Assembly (NCBI GenBank): GCA_964016885.1
Contig: OZ024740.1
Span: 375,472,001 to 375,536,000, forward strand
Origin: Eledone cirrhosa
Lineage: Eukaryota
Length of the DNA stretch: 64,000 bases
Reading direction: 5' to 3'
How positions within the stretch are numbered: position 1 is the first letter of the stretch; every line of letters starts with the position of its first letter. The notes below the pieces were generated by a model. The model had not been told where the DNA came from, ran no database searches, and was given only the letters and a program-made list of their open reading frames with translations. Of the stretch, positions 27,901 to 41,800 are shown in pieces. The position numbers and the translations under genes are program-made.

Positions 27901-29192
27901 AGAACGCGTACATCGCGTCCGTCATCTACTACCGTCTGACTTTCGCCCCTTGTCCCCGTTCGCGCCTCACCATGTGGACCGGCTCCTCTTCAAATTCTGG
28001 TGGAGGGGTCAGTTTCCGCTGGTAAGGCGGTCCATCTGCTGCCAGCACCCTCTACGTGGAAGGCTGGGCATGCCGTGGCTAATGATGCGCAGACCCGCGC
28101 TGAGGCTACGGCATCTCCAGATATTCTGCATAAACGGTGAATAGGTGTTGACGCCGTTTGCCAGACGGGCCTTCTCGCAGCTCGTCTCTTTGACTGAGCT
28201 GCAGTCCTGGGTCAAGAAGAGACCGAGACTGGGTGACTGGCATCTGGAATGTTGCCAGACACTCACGGCCCTCTACCAGGCGGTCAATGCGGTCAGTGGA
28301 ACTTCCACTCTCGAGTTCTATAGAGGATTAGAGGTGGGCAAGTGCGATGACGCACTCGGAGAGACACTGGGAGTCGACGAAGTCGAACTAACCAGTCTGT
28401 CCCGGAGGACTTTCGAGCCGAGGACGATGGATAATTTCCAAAAATCCCTCGCTCGGCAGTGCTACCGGGGAGCACTGCCGGTTCGAGATAAATTCTACAG
28501 GGAGGGAAAGGCTGTCAGACGGACCTGCCCGAGATGAACGCAGAGAAATTGTTTTGCACGCACTCGTCCAGTGTCCGTACATTACTGACTTGTGGATTTA
28601 TGTCGAACAGCTATTGTCGCGTGTAGAACGGATCCGGCTATCGGCCGAGTCCATAGTGAATATCGACCCGCCGCCTTCTTTTGGCCAGGAAGGGCAGGCA
28701 ATTTTCCTGTCTGGTGGAAGTAGCGAAAGAGGTTGTATGGTGGACGAGGTTGAAAGGACTGAAGACAGACACTTTTCTCTTCGGCCAATCCCTCATCAAC
28801 TTCGTCACGTTTCACTTGGAAAGGAAGGTGAGGGTGGAGAGTGAAGTGCTGCCCCCCAGTACATTTGCTGATAGGTGGGTGAATGTCACGAGAATGGCCC
28901 GTGTGAGTGGGCCTACTCTGGTCATGCGGCTGTAGATGGGTAAATTTGAGGATGAGAGGGGTGCCCTTCCAGGGTGCTCTTGAAGCTTCGGGTCGTTCAG
29001 GATTGGTGGGGTACCTGAGCGAACCCTGGGTGGTCATCCCCCCTATTGGGGAATTTTTATTGTTGTGTTTTTATTGTTACTTTGTTATTGTTATTGATAT
29101 TGTTTACTCGATTTTTATGTAAAACCCCACTGTCCCAGTCTTTTGTATTGTCCCCTATATGTCGGCCCTTGTGGCCAATAAATGAAATCATT
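24921..29192 (+). mobile_element. L1/Tx1-like non-LTR retrotransposon, near full span, internally deleted and disrupted
   Basis: ORF1 remnant 25459-26136 (CFVCGEK knuckle); APE motifs VGSLNVRGL (~26870) and LAGDWN (~27265); RT RQGCPLSPLLF and ADDIT (27450-27590); C-terminal CPR...HALVQC; aataaa then trinucleotide tail. Confidence 0.92.
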
Positions 29193-29244
29193 ATCATTGT
29201 TGTTGTTGTATTTGTTGTTGCTGGTGTTGGTGGTGGTGGTGGTG

Positions 29245-29304
<60 letters not shown>

Positions 29305-29323
29305 ATAGTAGTAGTAGTAGTAT

Positions 29324-29361
<38 letters not shown>
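29190..29361. repeat. Compound trinucleotide microsatellite (TTG)n(GGT)n(AGT)n
   Basis: Direct reading. Confidence 0.95.
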
Positions 29362-29819
29362 TATAATTTGCATTATTATTAGAGCTGTATAAACCAGAAT
29401 TAATTTATGCAATTTGTCAATGCTTTTTTAGTTAGTATGCTTTGCCTCAAATATATTTTTCTACCATATTAGCAGGCAGTCATTTTCAAATGAAGAAATA
29501 ACATATTAATTGGTGGGATTATTGATTTTTATTTTAATAAATCTTGGAGTAGTTTAAAGAATGTCGACCTCACCTGTGGAACTTGGATTCTCTCAAATAA
29601 TGTAAACATTGGAACATTTAAGTTTATTTCATGACATTTGAAACACAGGATATAAACATTTACTATATAGAGAAATGACTGCTACTATTCACGGCCACAA
29701 ATTGACGAAATTACTCTAAAAATAATATTTAAAAATCGAAATTCATAACAGACTCAAGGCGCACAGGGCTGCATATATTAGAGCAATGAAATAATACACT
29801 AATTTAAGTCTGATAAACA

Positions 29820-30035
29820 ATGTTTTCTTCTAATTTAGGCACAACGCCAGCAATTTGAAGGGAAAGTCGATTAAATCGACTCCAGTGCATTACTGGTGCT
29901 TTATTTTATTAACCCCGTAAGGATGAAATGAAAATCTAATCTTTGCGGGATTTGAATTCAGAATATAAAGGGGCGTAACTCTACGCCACGAAGCATAGTG
30001 TCCAACGAATTACCAATTCTGCCGATTCACAACCC
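29820..30035 (-). mobile_element. tRNA-derived SINE
   Basis: ttaggcacaacgccagcaa...cagtgcattactggtgc...ggatgaaa...gggatttgaattcag. Confidence 0.85.
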
Positions 30036-30914
30036 TGATAAATAATAATAATACTTAAAATCTACTCCGTTTCTGGTTCTCCACAACTATCAACGTATAA
30101 AGTAGCGATGTCAAGCTAAGATGTAATTATATCCAAAGAATTTATCCACACATAAATGAGAATGCATTAATTTCTGTTCAGGCTTGCATCAAAATTCTAA
30201 GGATTAAAGTCAAAATGTCATCACAGGATTTAAATCCAATTTTGACACCACACATGCATTAACGTAATACCTTAATTAACTCTTTTTTAAAATTCATGCT
30301 GGAAGTTTCGTGATTTCAATATTTTATGTCAAAATTCAAACCAAACATGCAAAGTAATTAATTGTTTTCCCTTTTAGTTGTTCTTTAGTGAGTGATACAC
30401 TACTAATGAAATATAATTCATTAGGATAAAAAAAATCTCGGAAATTTCAAGCCTACATTATTAATTTTCTGGACCAGTATTTGATGTGCACTATTTGCAA
30501 ATGCATAAAAGTTCAGAAATAGATTATTTAATAATATGATTATTTAATAATATGATAATATAACACACCTGTTTTAGTAGAATAAACATACAGACAAACT
30601 TATGCACACGTACAAACACATTCCAGACATACACACACAAACGTAAACTAGTACACACACACAACCACTCATTTAAATATTATTGGAATTCTATAAGAAT
30701 CCAGCTTCTATAAATCTTGACAAAAGCAAGGCAGTGAGTGGTCTTGATAAACGCTATTGAGCGAGAAATCGCTGCCGTTCACTCTTCTTTGCGTTTGCCG
30801 ACAATAAGTCAGTTACATAGTCACTAAATTAAAGCTCATAGCGAATGGTCTTCAAAATGTTTATAATCAAATATACAGTATGTTGCACAATATACTATAC
30901 AAATATTCATATAT

Positions 30915-31930
30915 ATATGTCTAGTCTAGGGCGGGTAAAATTCCCGAGACCCATGTACAAGTTCTCTCCAGCGGTCTCTGTCCCTCATCATCACTGCCAT
31001 TCCCTGCGTCTCTAAGAGACCATTGTTTGTCCTTAGGGCATCAACATATGTAAATCTCGGTCTTCCTCTTCCAGTGTGTCCATGCAGGCGCTCCCACAGG
31101 AGCACTGAGTGCAGTGTCAAATCTAGATATCGACGATCATGTCCAGCTAATGTCAGTCCTCTCTGTGCTACTGTCCAGCTGTCTTTTGGGAAGCTCCCGT
31201 ACAGCTCTAAGTTCTTCATCCTCAGTGTTTACTGATTAATGTTCAGAGCCATCTTCAGCATTCTCGTGTAGCACCCATCCACCATCTGAGTGAGTTTCTT
31301 GGTCAGTGTCCAGGTCTCAAACCTGTACAGCAGCACAGACCACTTCAGGAGCCTACTAGGATAGCCGCTCTCCACAGCCCAGAACACTGGGGAGATCAGG
31401 CGGCTGTTTGAGGAACTGGATATTGAGACAAGTCACTTCACCAGAGAGGCGCTTCAGAGAACCAAGAAGAAGATCAAGGAGGGCAAGGCTCATGGAGAAG
31501 ATGGAATGGCATCAGAGGTGATGAAGAGGTGTGGTTTTCAAGATATCATTGTGGATTTCTGAAACCAGGCACCGGAGAAAGGAGTTGCCCCGAATCGTTG
31601 GAAGATCAGTAACATAGTCCCAGTGCCAAAGAAGGGGGATCTCTCTAATACCAACATCTACAGGGGGATCTCACTGGCGTCGCTTGTGGCAAAGACCATC
31701 AACATGATGATTCTTAACAGGATCCATCTCGAGATGGAGAACCAGAACGGCTTCAGAGAGGGAGGATCAACCACCAGTCACGTCCTGATGGTGAGGAGGA
31801 TATTAGAATGAGCTAGTGCAAAGAGCCTTCCTGCAGTCATGGGTTTCATTGAATTTAGGAAGGCCTTTGATTCTGTGGACCGTCACTGCCTGATGAAGAT
31901 CTTACAGGCTTAAGGAATCCACAAGAAGAT
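30915..31930 (-). mobile_element. RTE-like LINE, 5'-inverted (3' part on minus 30926-31342; upstream part on plus ~31345-31930)
   Basis: Minus: SVLLYRFETWTL...LAGH...GRGRPRFTY; plus: VPKKGDLSNTNIYRGISL...QNGFREGGST...FIEFRKAFDSVD. Confidence 0.88.
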
Positions 31931-31941
31931 ATATATCCCCA

Positions 31942-32001
<60 letters not shown>

Positions 32002-32928
32002 CTATATATTATATATACATGAAGTTATCACGAATATCGAGTTAGAAACGCGAACGTATTAAAGTTAGTAGAATAATGGGAGAAATTCAATAACAAGGAA
32101 GCAGTTAAAACGGCAAAATGCTGTCAATGACGGTGTCGGATAATATTTACCTCAAAGCGCTGAACTCACCGACTAGAAGTGATAGGATGAAAGGAGAAAG
32201 AGAATAAAATGGATGAGCGCAGATCACGCATACATTTAAATACTCATCAGCTTTTAGATCACCTGCGCTTTTAACGATTTAACTAAAAGTACCACGTAGA
32301 ATAGACGGCTCGTACAACAGAGAAATAAATATCTCTGTTGTATGATGCTTGTTTGAGGAACGAACTTATTAGAAAGACAGATCATTGAGAGCAAATAAAT
32401 TATTAGCCAGACAGGTCAGAGAGAGAGTTATTTCGAACACGCGGCCTCTGGTCATTGTAAGAAGGCAACAACAATGGATCTGTAACTAGATGTGGCGCGT
32501 AGAAGCGGCGGGTAAAAGAAAGGAGAAGGAACGAAAAGAAACAGTAAGAGGGTGGGTAGAGCTGGGAGAGAGTGAGAAAGAATTAAATATGGGGGAAGAA
32601 AGAAAGTGAGAAGAAAACGCCAAGAAACGTCAGTCATGCTACTCGTCGTAAATAGAAAGCTACTATAGATGTAATAAAATGTAAAGTACCACATAGAACA
32701 GACGGCTTGTACAACAGAGAAAGAAATATCTCTGTTCATATGATCATCATATCAGCAGCATCATCACTAATATTTTGGGCAAACTTTTAAACTCTACATT
32801 TTGCAATGTTATGCGTATAGATTTATAGGAGAGAAAGTGGACTACGAGCATTAGTTGAAAAACACGAAAACCTTAACTATTACCAGTTTTATTTATTGCT
32901 ATTAGCAGTCAACGTTCAAACACATTTT

Positions 32929-33075
<147 letters not shown>

Positions 33076-33128
33076 TTTCTGAATTTGTTTAGCAAGATTC
33101 TTTATCTGAAAACGTGTGTTGAAACCGA

Positions 33129-33579
33129 TATTGTTATACTTTGGGAGGGTCATGTTTCCAATAGGAAACACACGCACCACATGCTTTCACTTCAATTTAT
33201 TATAATAAATTTATAAATTTAGGAATTTATAAATTTCCGGTTGGTTGGTTGGTTCCACAACCAGATGGTTGTTTATATATTGTCAAAATTCTTTCGTCAC
33301 ACATTCTGTGACCTCTTCAGTGACACACAGAAACAAGATGGCGTAGGGCAGAACAAAGGAGAGGCACAAAAACAAAGAAAAGAATCCCCAGTCACTGAAG
33401 AGGCCATAGAATGTGTGACGAAAGAACTTTGACAATATATAAACAACCATCTAGTTGTGGAACCAACCAACCAACCGAAAATTTATAAATTCCTAAATTT
33501 ATAAATTTATTATAGTAAATTGAAGTGAAAGTAACTGGTGCGTGTGTTTCTTATTGGCAACATGACCCTCCCAAAGTAT

Positions 33580-33588
<9 letters not shown>
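33129..33588. mobile_element. Fold-back of family B pseudo-LTR (~197-bp arms) with a hammerhead in each arm (33281-33325 minus, 33391-33433 plus)
   Basis: 33129-33324 is the near reverse complement of 33391-33588; same sequence as 16347-16602. Confidence 0.9.
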
Positions 33589-33672
<84 letters not shown>

Positions 33673-34225
33673 TATATGCGCGCGTGTGTGTGTGTGTATA
33701 TATACACAGGAAAAAAAGTTGGAAATACATTAGAATCTTTAGGAGTATTTATTAATATTAGTAGTTTGAAGTCTGGGATATTTTCAGAAGTTAAGTGAGT
33801 TGATGTGTTGATGTGTCTTGCAACTAAGGCTTTCGTAAATTTATTTCCGTTTTATAGAAAAAAACTTAACTCTCATTGCTCTCTGTTTAAAGTAAAATTG
33901 GATTAGTTGTGGAAGATAACTTAGCTATAGTGTAATGTATTTTTTTTTCGTCAAAAACAGACGAATACCTTAGAAGGAATAGAATTCTATATAGATGTTG
34001 CCTCATGATTCAGTGGAAGTCTCTATTGCCAAATTTAACAAGAATCCGTGTCCATCGTAGCATGCAAGGTAGTCAAGTCCATAGAATTGTGTGATTTCCC
34101 AAAATATTTTAAGTGTCTATGAAGATTAATGTGTTTCCGTGTGTGTAAACATAGTTTTTCCTTTTACTTCTACCTCGGAATATTAAGGGTCCTGTGACAA
34201 AACAACTATGTCTACAAGTATGTCT

Positions 34226-34539
<314 letters not shown>

Positions 34540-35471
34540 GTTGTGTATATTCTTGTGCGTAAGTGTAGTAATTCGAAAATATTATTGGTTATCTATTCTT
34601 GCGAGGAAAATATATTTATCATAGACACACAGCCGCACATTTGGAGTGAATTATATCATCATACTAGATCGTTCTTACTATTTCAGTGGTATTCTTCCAA
34701 ATGTTTGTTTTGAAAAACGAATGGAAAGTTTGACCTTCCGAATATCGAAGAATATTCTTAACCAAAATATTCTTTCACTTGAGTCAGAAAATCACAAAAC
34801 GTATATGATATGAATGATTTGTAGTATATATATTGAATTTCAGATTTAGATCTAGAATTTCAATCATTACTGTGAATTATTTCCGTGTATAATTATATGT
34901 TGACTATGAAGTATGCCTTAAGATTTATTTCATAGTTAACGCTTAGCAGATTTGAATTTCATTTCTTGCAGCCAGCCAGAAAACCTGTGCTCATATTTAA
35001 TGTGCAAACTATAGATGTAGATTTCGGAAAATATAAATCTATCAATTCTACTTTTTGATCTCATATTTCCGAAAATTGTTTGTAACATCTGTTCCGAGCA
35101 GATGTTATAATCCCTTGATTAAAGTGTTGAAAGCTAGAAGAAAGTTTGCTATGAAAGATTTTCAATCGATGTAGTATGCCTTTGAAATATTTGCATTTAA
35201 ACATTGATAGTCTTCTAATTTCATATATATTATTCGGTATTTACATTTTGCACTTTCTTTGATAAGTAAAGAAACAAGCTATGTGAAACTAGGAACTGGC
35301 ATTCGTATAAATAGCGGAATATAGCTAACACACGTAGAAACAAACATTCACATACACTTACGAATAACAATATTTCTGTGGACGAGCGCACACGCGTAAG
35401 ATGTGTGTATATGTGACTACTCAAGGTGAATGAAAATGAGTGAATATGCAGTATTCGTCTTTCGGTGAGAT

Positions 35472-35517
<46 letters not shown>

Positions 35518-35540
35518 GTATATATATAACATATATATAT

Positions 35541-35622
<82 letters not shown>

Positions 35623-37014
35623 GTGTTTGTTATTAAACCTCCGTAAGAAGCTAAGAAGATATGTTTGTGTGTCTGTAAGTAAAAGAGTGTGTGTGTGTGC
35701 TTGTAAGTACCAAGCTACGAGCAAAAAATATGTTAATACAAGGGTGTGTGTGTGTGTGTGTGTACAGAGCTGTGAAGGGAAAAGTGGAGGGTACGTATAT
35801 TTTTGGTCCGTATTAGTTGTAAGAATATGTTTCTGACCATATATAGATACATATATTAACCGTAGAGCAAATATGTATTATTAGTACAGATTAAAGTTTA
35901 AACAAAGAATCGATGTTTTCACCCGTTTAACCTTGAAAGGTTTAACGGATGAAAACATAGATTGTTTGCTTAAACTTTAATCTGTACTAATCTGTACAAA
36001 CCCCTACACACACAAATGCACACACAAATACACACGCACAAGTATACCTCTTCATACAAAACATTTTTTTTTTTCATTTCAGGTAGACGCGCTCCATTAT
36101 CCACTTTAAAAAAAATATATATCATACACAAAACGCCAGCAACGACAGTTTTCCAAGAGATGGCGACATGAATGGACCTGTTATTTTCATCTAAAAACTT
36201 GTTTTCCAATTTCACCCTGTCCGTCCCTTCAATCTATCTATTTCTCATTCTTTCTTCTGATGAAGTATCAAAAGTGAAACTAATCACAGGACGACATGGA
36301 TTCATCTATCAACAATTAGAGACATTATACGAACAACTACGAACAGCTATTCGTCGATTACCTTCCGTATTTGTTACTAAAATGGATCATTTGCTATCTC
36401 TTTAGATAAAGATATGATATACGAATATGGTACTCATTAGCCATAAACTTTTGTAATATATTTATTCTCGGCTTTATATGATAGATTCCTTTTAACGGCA
36501 GTCCAGCTAACATGATAAAATCGTACTACACATGAATAATAAGCATCCATAGATACTTTTCGATTGCCAATTCAAGTCCAAAGAAAAGAAAAAAAACGCA
36601 TGCATATATATGTTCATAAAACGCATGGTTTCGATGCAGAAATCCAAATCATTTTTCCAAAGTCCACAATTAGACGGTTGTTAAATGAAAATATAAATGG
36701 TAATGGCAGCACAGATAAAACTACTGGAAGATAGAGAATGGACATTTCTGAAAAGAAAAAAATGTTTGCAAAGCAAAATAAAATATATTGGAAAGTACAT
36801 AAAAGTGTACCATTTAGTGTCGTCACGAAACAAACTCACCTCGGACGTAAATCTGAATAAACATAAAGTTATAGGTTATAATACTACGTAAGAAAAGTGC
36901 GAAACATTTAATTCAGGAGAGATTCCGTAATTCATTTACATCATATGTTTGCTCGTATAAATAATTTTTCGATCAGCAAAATATACACGAAAACTATCTC
37001 CTCTATTCAATTCC

Positions 37015-37030
37015 CATACATATAAAGCAC

Positions 37031-37127
<97 letters not shown>

Positions 37128-37152
37128 CTCTCCCTCTCTCTCCCTCTCTCTC
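37015..37152. repeat. (TC)n microsatellite
   Basis: Direct reading. Confidence 0.98.
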
Positions 37153-37974
37153 TTTATAAGTACGTACTAAAGAGATAGATCCTGACTGAAATCCCTTCTG
37201 TTTCAACATGTTATTTATTTTGGTCTTCACATAGTGAGGACAGTCACTAATGTGGCCTGGGGGGTCATCCAGTTCTTCTGCAGACACTTAACACACAGAC
37301 ACACACACACAGACACACACACACACACATATACAATTATTTGTGACTAATCCCGGTCTTTTTTTTTTAAAAACACGATAATATTGCTATATGCTGAACT
37401 CCATACATTTTTGTTTAGTTTTTTTCGGAAATGTTTTGACTGCTGTTTCTTGTAAACAGACATTCGTCTCATTCTGACATCACCAGCCATGTTCTCCATG
37501 TGTGTTTATTTTCATAATTCCGCACGAGGTACACTAGCCTGCTTTTAAATTCCGTCTCTGGCATATTTTAGCAGTGTTTTTTTTTGTTATCGTGTTTTAA
37601 GCTCTATTGATGAACGGTTCCAACCGTGACTAATCTCACTGAAAAGTTTCGTGAAATAGTCTTTTTAAGACTATACAGAGCATTTGTAGTTTTTCCAAAT
37701 TGAAAGCTGAGTATTTAACCTTGATTTTATTCTGAGTTAAGACTCTATTGGTTTTTTTCGCTTGATTTCACAAAATCTGTGGATAAAATTACTGTCTTGA
37801 CTTTTTTTAAAATTGAGTTTGAATTATTTTCCCATATCTTACGTGAAATATTTTCCATTTTGACGTTATAGTCACTTATATATTATGAAATACTGTTGGC
37901 TTCTTGCTCACATTACTTTCTCTATTTTCATTTATATATATATATATTATATATTTATTGATATAACGTTATTA

Positions 37975-38793
37975 ATACGGTATGTATAGGAAATCTTGTA
38001 TCTTACTGTATGCTTCAGTTTAAATATATAAAACATTTGTCGTATAATTTACCCTTGTAATTTTAGACGCAGAATTTCCTGTGTTTATTTCTACATATAT
38101 TAATATTATAATGCTTAATATTTATACTTTGAACTTGTTAATTGCAGGGTATCAATATGAGTTAATAACTCTATATTTTATTTGTATTTCGGCTCCCTAT
38201 CTAGGTGAGCTTATAAGATGAGTGTAATTAGGCTATTATTTCTAGCATAACCACTCACACCACGTATAGCTTTCAACCCACGAGGTACATTATTTACTTC
38301 CGTGAGTTTCTTTTTAGATGTGTTTTGTTTCATTTAATCTAATCTCAGGCTAATTTTCAGGGCGAAACAGATTAAATCTTTAGTCTGTCCGAGAGATGAA
38401 ATCGGTATTGATACGGTATGTATAGGGAATCTTGTATCTTACTGTAAGCTTCAGTTTAAATATATAAAACATTTGTGGTATAATCTACCCTCGACATTTT
38501 AGACACAGAATTTACTGTGTGTATTTCTACATATATTAATATTTTAATTGTTTCTACTTTAGGCACAAGGCCAGCAATTATCCAGTGCATTACTGGTACT
38601 TTATTTTTATCAAACCCGTAAGGATGAAAGGTAAAGTCAACCTCGGCGGGATTAGAACTCAGATCGTAAAGGGACGTAACTATGCTGGAAAGCATGGCGT
38701 CCGACCCTCTACCGATACTGCCAATCCACCAAAGGCTCAGTATTTATACTTTGAGCTTGCTAATTGCAGGATATCAATATGAGTTAATAACTC

Positions 38794-38800
<7 letters not shown>
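37975..38800. repeat. Local ~205-bp duplication (37975-38180 and 38411-38800); second copy interrupted by a minus-strand SINE (~38548-38730)
   Basis: atacggtatgtatagg...gagttaataactctatatttt occurs twice; SINE only in the second copy. Confidence 0.9.
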
Positions 38801-38828
<28 letters not shown>

Positions 38829-38840
38829 GATATATATATA

Positions 38841-41800
38841 TAGTAGAATAATCGAGTATCGAAAAATCGGCGCACGAGTTCACGATAAACAACATTCGAG
38901 ATGAGCGGCAGAGGGCTCTATAATTCAAATAAATTAAAGCTATAACTATCGTTAAATACCGTCACACGTAGAATATGTCTACAATCAACCAAATAACCGA
39001 TAAGTTCGATATGGAAGATTCGGGACACTCAGATAAATTATCAATAAATCAATAAATGAAATGAATGTAAAATGCATACCCGGACCCACTAGAGAGATGG
39101 AATATCTAGCTTCTTGGGTTTCTGTAAATCCTTAAACCGTCATCTATCAGCTCATATAAAAATATAAGACTTACAGATGCCGGGGGACTGGAGTTACTTT
39201 ATCAACGAGCTTCGTCCGAATGGATAGAAAGACAAGACCCATGCTAAAAATACGCACATGGATTTCAGCAAGGGAGATGACCTTTATATCCGCAAAAAAA
39301 TATTCGGAAAAGTGTGGCAAAAAACACATATCGAATAAGAGTGCTCAATAGACATGTTAAAATAAACAGGGGCTATTCATCATTTAATAGAATCGACAAA
39401 ACATGAACAATAAAATTAACTGGTCAATAGCTAAGTCTAGAGCTAAATATAGTAGAATAATCGAGTATCGAAAAATCGGCGCACGAGTTCACGATAAACA
39501 AAATTCGAGATGAGCGGCAGAGGGCTCTATAATTCAAATAAATTAGAGCTATAACTATCGTTAAATACCGTCACACGTAGAATATGTCTACAATCAACCA
39601 AATAACCGATAAGTTCGATATGGAAGATTCGGGACACTCAGATAAATTATCAATAAATCAATAAATGAAATGAATGTAAAATGCATACCCGGACCCACTA
39701 GAGAGATGGAATATCTAGATTCTTGGGTTTCTGTAAATCCTTAAACCGTCATCTATCAGCTCATATAAAAATATAAGACTTACAGATGCCGGGGGAGTGG
39801 AGTTACTTTATCAACGAGCTTCGTCCGAATGGATAGAAAGACAAGACCCATGCTAAAAATACGCACATGGATTTCAGCAAGGGAGATAACCTTTATATCC
39901 GCAAAAAAATATTCGGAAAAGTGTGGCAAAAAACACATATCGAATAAGAGTGCTCAATAGACATGTTAAAATAAACAGGGGCTATTCATCATTTAATAGA
40001 ATCGACAAAACATGAACAATAAAATTAACTGGTCAATAGCTAAGTCTAGAGCTAAATATAGTAGAATAATCGAGTATCGAAAAATCGGCGCACGAGTTCA
40101 CGATAAACAAAATTCGAGATGAGCGGCAGAGGGCTCTATAATTCAAATAAATTAGAGCTATAACTATCGTTAAATACCGTCACACGTAGAATATGTCTAC
40201 AATCAACCAAATAACCGATAAGTTCGATATGGAAGATTCGGGACACTCAGATAAATTATCAATAAATCAATAAATGAAATGAATGTAAAATGCATACCCG
40301 GACCCACTAGAGAGATGGAATATCTAGATTCTTGGGTTTCTGTAAATCCTTAAACCGTCATCTATCAGCTCATATAAAAATATAAGACTTACAGATGCCG
40401 GGGGAGTGGAGTTACTTTATCAACGAGCTTCGTCCGAATGGATAGAAAGACAAGACCCATGCTAAAAATACGCACATGGATTTCAGCAAGGGAGATAACC
40501 TTTATATCCGCAAAAAAATATTCGGAAAAGTGTGGAAAAAAACACATATCGAATAAGAGTGCTCAATAGACAGGTTAAAATAAACAGGGGCTATTCATCA
40601 TTTAATAGAATCGACAAAAAATGAACAATAAAATTAACTGGTCAATAGCTAAGTCTAGAGCTAAATATAGTAGAGTAATCGAGTATCGAAAAATCGGCGC
40701 ACGAGTTCACGATAAACAAAATTCGAGATGAGCGGCAGAGGGCTCTATAATTCAAATAAATTAAAGCTATAACTATCGTTAAATACCGTCACACGTAGAA
40801 TATGTCTACAATCAACCAAATAACCGATAAGTTCGATATGGAAGATTCGGGACACTCAGATAAATTATCAATAAATCAATAAATGAAATGAATGTAAAAT
40901 GCATACCCGGACCCACTAGAGAGATGGAATATCTAGCTTCTTGGGTTTCTGTAAATCCTTAAACCGTCATCTATCAGCTCATATAAAAATATAAGACTTA
41001 CAGATGCCGGGGGACTGGAGTTACTTTATCAACGAGCTTCGTCCGAATGGATAGAAAGACAAGACCCATGCTAAAAATACGCACATGGATTTCAGCAAGG
41101 GAGATAACCTTTATATCCGCAAAAAAATATTCGGAAAAGTGTGGCAAAAAACACATATCGAATAAGAGTGCTCAATAGACATGTTAAAATAAACAGGGGC
41201 TATTCATCATTTAAAAGAATCGACAAAAAATGAACAATAAAATTAACTGGTCAATAGCTAAGTCTAGAGCTAAATATAGTAGAATAATCGAGTATCGAAA
41301 AATCGGCGCACAAGTTCACGATGAACAAAATTCGAGATGAGCGGCAGAGGGCTCTATAATTCAAATAAATTAGAGCTATAACTATCGTTAAATACCGTCA
41401 CACGTAGAATATGTCTACAATCAACCAAATAACCGATAAGTTCGATATGGAAGATTCGGGACACTCAGATAAATTATCAATAAATCAATAAATGAAATGA
41501 ATGTAAAATGCATACCCGGACCCACTAGAGAGATGGAATATCTAGATTCTTGGGTTTCTGTAAATCCTTAAACCGTCATCTATCAGCTCATATAAAAATA
41601 TAAGACTTACAGATGCCGGGGGAGTGGAGTTACTTTATCAACGAGCTTCGTCCGAATGGATAGAAAGACAAGACCCATGCTAAAAATACGCACATGGATT
41701 TCAGCAAGGGAGATAACCTTTATATCCGCAAAAAAATATTCGGAAAAGTGTGGCAAAAAACACATATCGAATAAGAGTGCTCAATAGACATGTTAAAATA

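Noticed and set aside
36250-36292. CTGATGA...GAAA-ctaa-TC hammerhead candidate
   Set aside because: Neither stem I nor stem II pairs.
37160-37282. Possible minus-strand exon (ctgcag|..ELDDPPGHISDCPHYVK)
   Set aside because: It has no convincing donor site, no recognisable protein family and no partner exons.
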